Source: Azolla caroliniana
Taxonomy: Eukaryota; Plantae; Polypodiophyta
Direction: 5' to 3'
DNA: 64,000 nt
NCBI GenBank assembly: GCA_043228905.1
Contig: JBHGNT010000006.1
Location: forward strand, 13,578,001-13,642,000
Under the pieces are notes generated by a model that saw nothing but the letters and a program-made list of their open reading frames with translations, was not told the origin of the DNA and did not search any database. The translations under genes were made by a program, and so were the position numbers. Shown piece after piece: positions 60,617 through 64,000 of the stretch (positions are counted from its first letter, which is position 1; each line of letters starts with the position of its first letter).

Positions 60617-63600
60617 TTACATAGCAATCAATTCATCAATGGCATTATCATCATCTTCCTTTAGAGAAGTCTCATAAGCTATATGTGCATTCTCTTCCCC
60701 TGTTAGCCGGGCAACCGTAAGCTCTTCTATAAGCTCGTCATCAAGCTCAATTAGCTCCCCAGTTTCTCTAGCTAATGGAGGAATAGGCTCTCGAGAAGCC
60801 GGTTGAAATTGTTCCATATCCGTGATGTGCTTTGCACCGACCTCCTCGTCCTGGTCTGGGCATTCCCGCAAGGCTTTAATACTCATATTTATAAATATAA
60901 CCTACTCCTCATCCTTCTCTAATGCTACAATATTTCTGAAGAGCTTCAATGCGCATGCAAACGTTGTACCTATAAAGAAATGGGCAAGAAGACTCGGTTA
61001 TCCAACCATAAGAATCAGTATTGATTATATTAGCAACCTAAACCTAGTTCAAAGGATACATGTGCTAGAAAATAGGCCTAATATCCAATCTCCTTCGTTC
61101 GAGAACATTTCAATCAAGTGCATCGTAAGTCATTGAGGTTTTTGGTATGGGTTGACAAGTCCCCGTTCTGATGTGGTGACATGTCGCAATTTGCGTGTGA
61201 CTGTTGGATATACCAACAGGTTTGAACCTCCAACTTCATTAGAGTGCTCCTTGATTATTTGTTTCTTTATTTTGTCTAAGTAACCAGCCGTAATGTACTC
61301 AATCACATTTACGAACCGAAAGGCCAGTCCTCTATTCACGTTGGTTTTCATTCTATAATGGATACTAGGAGAGTTAAGAATAGATTCTATCAATTAAGAA
61401 CGAAAGTATGGTGAACGAGACTTATAAATAATCTTTACCAAGCAAGGTTCTCGATGTCGTGGAAACGAGATATCAATGCTTGAGCTACCAAGTACCCTTG
61501 GTCCATGCTATGAAACACAACTATCCTCCACAAGGATGCAGTTGTCAGCTCAACAAAATCATTAACCATTTTTTCTAATTGTTTGAACCGGAAAGGTTCA
61601 TCGTCGTATGATGATCCAACCATTCGAAATCCATAAGGTATATCTGCAATCAAAAGTTTCTTTGGCACTTTCTGGATCATCTCTACGACATCGCTACAGA
61701 GCACATTATAGTAGAGATCTTTTGTAATGTCTTTCTTGTGGCTAATTTTTTTGAAGGAGCCATCTTCTTCAATTTCATACGCCTTGACTAAGCGACGATC
61801 TTTTTCTTTTCTGGCTCTCTCGAGATGTGCAAGGAAGGATGTTGGAAAGTCGTGTATATTATTAAGAAATCATTATTATAAAAATGAATACTAATCCAAT
61901 CCTTGAATGCAATGAAATACGCAGCTAACACCTTATATGAAGATGTCGAAGGATAATCCTTAGTTACTTGTTCCCAAGTTATACATCCAAGTTGTTTCAT
62001 CATAACTTCTTGGATCTTCATATATACCTTATGATTATGAAATCACCAATAGAGATTAGAACTTTATTTAAAACCATAATTATTTCATTTAACTATTTGA
62101 CAAGACTTACTTGCTAAACTCAGTGACCATCTTTTCTAGGCTCAATTCTTTGGCCACAATCCATGACAACACTGACACCAATAGTTGATCATCCTTAATG
62201 CCTTGCATTACTCTCCACAGAGACAACTTCATGTCGTCGGCCGCTTCTTCAATTTTCAGGTCGATTTTCTTCGCCGTTGTTGATTTCAATTCGAGCTAGG
62301 GGCCTACTCTACATTTCTTTTGTCGTTGACCCTTGACCTCCACATTCTCCCACATTGAAAAAATTTGATCTTGAAGGTCCCAAACTTCCCCATCTCTAAA
62401 GACATTGTTGTAAAATAATTAGCATAAAATACACGTACAATATGTATTCTAACTTTTTTTTTGAATACTTAGAATACATATTTTATAGATAAAGTACGTT
62501 AAATACTTAGAATACGTTTAGAATACTTAAAATACGTGTGGAATACTTAGAATACGTTTAGAATACTTAGAATACGTGTAGAATACTTAGAATACTTAGA
62601 ATACATTTAGAATACTTAGAGTACGTGTAGAATACTTAGAATACGCTAAATACTTTTTAAAATTCAAAGTTTTTTTTTTCGAAAAAAAGAAAAGATGTTT
62701 TGAAATGATAAATACTTGTTAAATATGTAGAATATGTCAAATTTTTAGAATACGTAGAATACGTCAAATTTTTAAAAACGGCAGTTCTAAAATGTAGAAT
62801 ACGTGTAGAATACATCAAAGTATTCTAAAATGTACTCAGAACATAGAATACGCGTTTTTAACAACTATGTCTAAAGGCTAGTTGAAACGATGACTCATAC
62901 TTACGAAGACCATCTGACTTAACATTATCGTCCACAACAATGCCGACCTCATGAAGACATTGATGTCATAATCCGGGGTGAAGCCTTACACTGCACTTTT
63001 GTTTGACATCCAAGTACTCATGGTGGAAGAACCTTATCCGCTCGATGGACGACATTTTTTGCTGGTAGTCGTTGTCATTGTAATGGTCCCATGCCAAGAG
63101 TTTTGCCTCTTTAGTTGTGAGTCCCATGCGTATTTTACACTCGGCATACTTGAAGAAAAAAGTGGTTTGGTGCTATTTTACAAGTTGTCGTCGTGCTTTA
63201 GCAGAATGTGACCCACCAATTACAAAGTAATTGTATTGATTGTGCTTTCTCACATCAAAAAACTCAATGGAAGAACATTCGTCAAGATCCACCATTATGA
63301 TAAATGGTATAACTATGGCATGTGGATTTATTTTCCATTTTTTCTTGAGATTTTGAATGCATTCTATGTGGCTCTCTAATCTCAAGTGGTCTTCGTCCTG
63401 TATTAACATCTATTGGTGGCCTATGGATGTGTGTTATAGGCAAATTGAAGACTTGACCTTTTCTCACCAGTTTCTTTTGCATTTTCTCTCTTCAAATCTT
63501 GTTCTGCTCAGAAGACAAAATACTAGATGTTAGCTCAGCACCTAGTGTGACCCGAGTTTCCTCATCATTTGTTGAACTTGATGATTTGGACTTTGGCATC

Positions 63601-64000
63601 TTTGTGACCTTTTTCTTTGTTGGTCTCAATTGTATCTTTGAGACCTTTTGTGGGGCCTTCACTGGAGATGGTGATGCATCCCTTAGAGTTATATGACCTT
63701 GTATATATGGTCTTAATGTTGTTATAAGATTTTTTGAAGTATCAATGGCGACTTTAAAAGATTCGGAACCACATGAATCCTTAACAAGTCGATCTTCAGA
63801 TAGAAACATTTTTCGGACTCCCTTTGAACAACCCACTAATACTATAAGATTGAGGGAGTTGGGGTCTTCGTAGTCAAGGCGTAACCTTCGACCATAACTA
63901 AAGGGTCTTTCTTTCTTAAGTTGACCATCCCCCTTCTTTTTGAGGTCAATAAGATGACTTTCTTTTTTGAGTCGACATATTGCATGCACCGCTCGTTGTC
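60617..64000 (-). pseudogene. Intron-containing ParB/Srx-like + beta-class N6A/N4C DNA methyltransferase fusion gene, decayed; 5' end probably outside window
   Basis: YFVIGGSHSAKARRQL (ParB-like); LLIADIPYG (motif IV, 61633-61644); W/MKTN..EYI; NPYQKP..L..LIEMFSNEGDWILGLFSST/xTTFACALKLFRNIVALEKD (motifs X, I, II); GT-AG introns at 61353-61438 and 60970-61059. Confidence 0.85.
62403..62869. mobile_element. hAT-type MITE inserted in the methyltransferase gene
   Basis: TIRs CATTGTTGTAAAA / CATAGTTGTTAAAA; 8-bp TSD TCTAAAGA/TCTAAAGG; internal TAGAATAC repeats; removal restores the frame FQLAFR|DGEVWDL. Confidence 0.9.

Noticed and set aside
60617-64000. Bacterial or phage contamination as the source of the methyltransferase
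   Set aside because: The gene has spliceosomal introns and a hAT MITE, and is contiguous with plant-type retroelements.

Overview
Eukaryotic repeat-dense DNA made almost entirely of nested transposons; no intact host gene is recognisable. The mix of Tcn1-like chromoviruses, Bryco-like Copia and Phygy/Athila-like Gypsy suggests a bryophyte, probably a moss (inference). Nest 1 (1-13746): an intact, very young Tcn1-like chromovirus (407-6313) sits in a gag-only LTR element, which sits in a Copia. Nest 2 (14145-50608): a Copia is split by a 31.6-kb minus-strand Tcn1-like element that holds two non-chromovirus Gypsy elements with a large extra ORF, a solo LTR and an iMet-primed chromovirus. At 50.6-59.3 kb lie a palindromic repeat array, a solo LTR, four more Copia ends, a truncated hAT and a Gypsy gag relic. 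Main findings: (1) a decayed, intron-containing gene at 60617-64000 (-) encoding a ParB/Srx-like domain fused to a complete prokaryote-type beta-class N6-adenine/N4-cytosine DNA methyltransferase; (2) two Gypsy elements that lack a polypurine tract and instead carry a conserved tRNA-3'-end-like sequence 2 nt from the 3' LTR, suggesting tRNA priming of both cDNA strands; (3) Tcn1-like elements with Tf1-type self-priming, a conserved -1 frameshift pseudoknot and an antisense tRNA-like A/B-box module in U3. All calls were made by eye, with no database searches.
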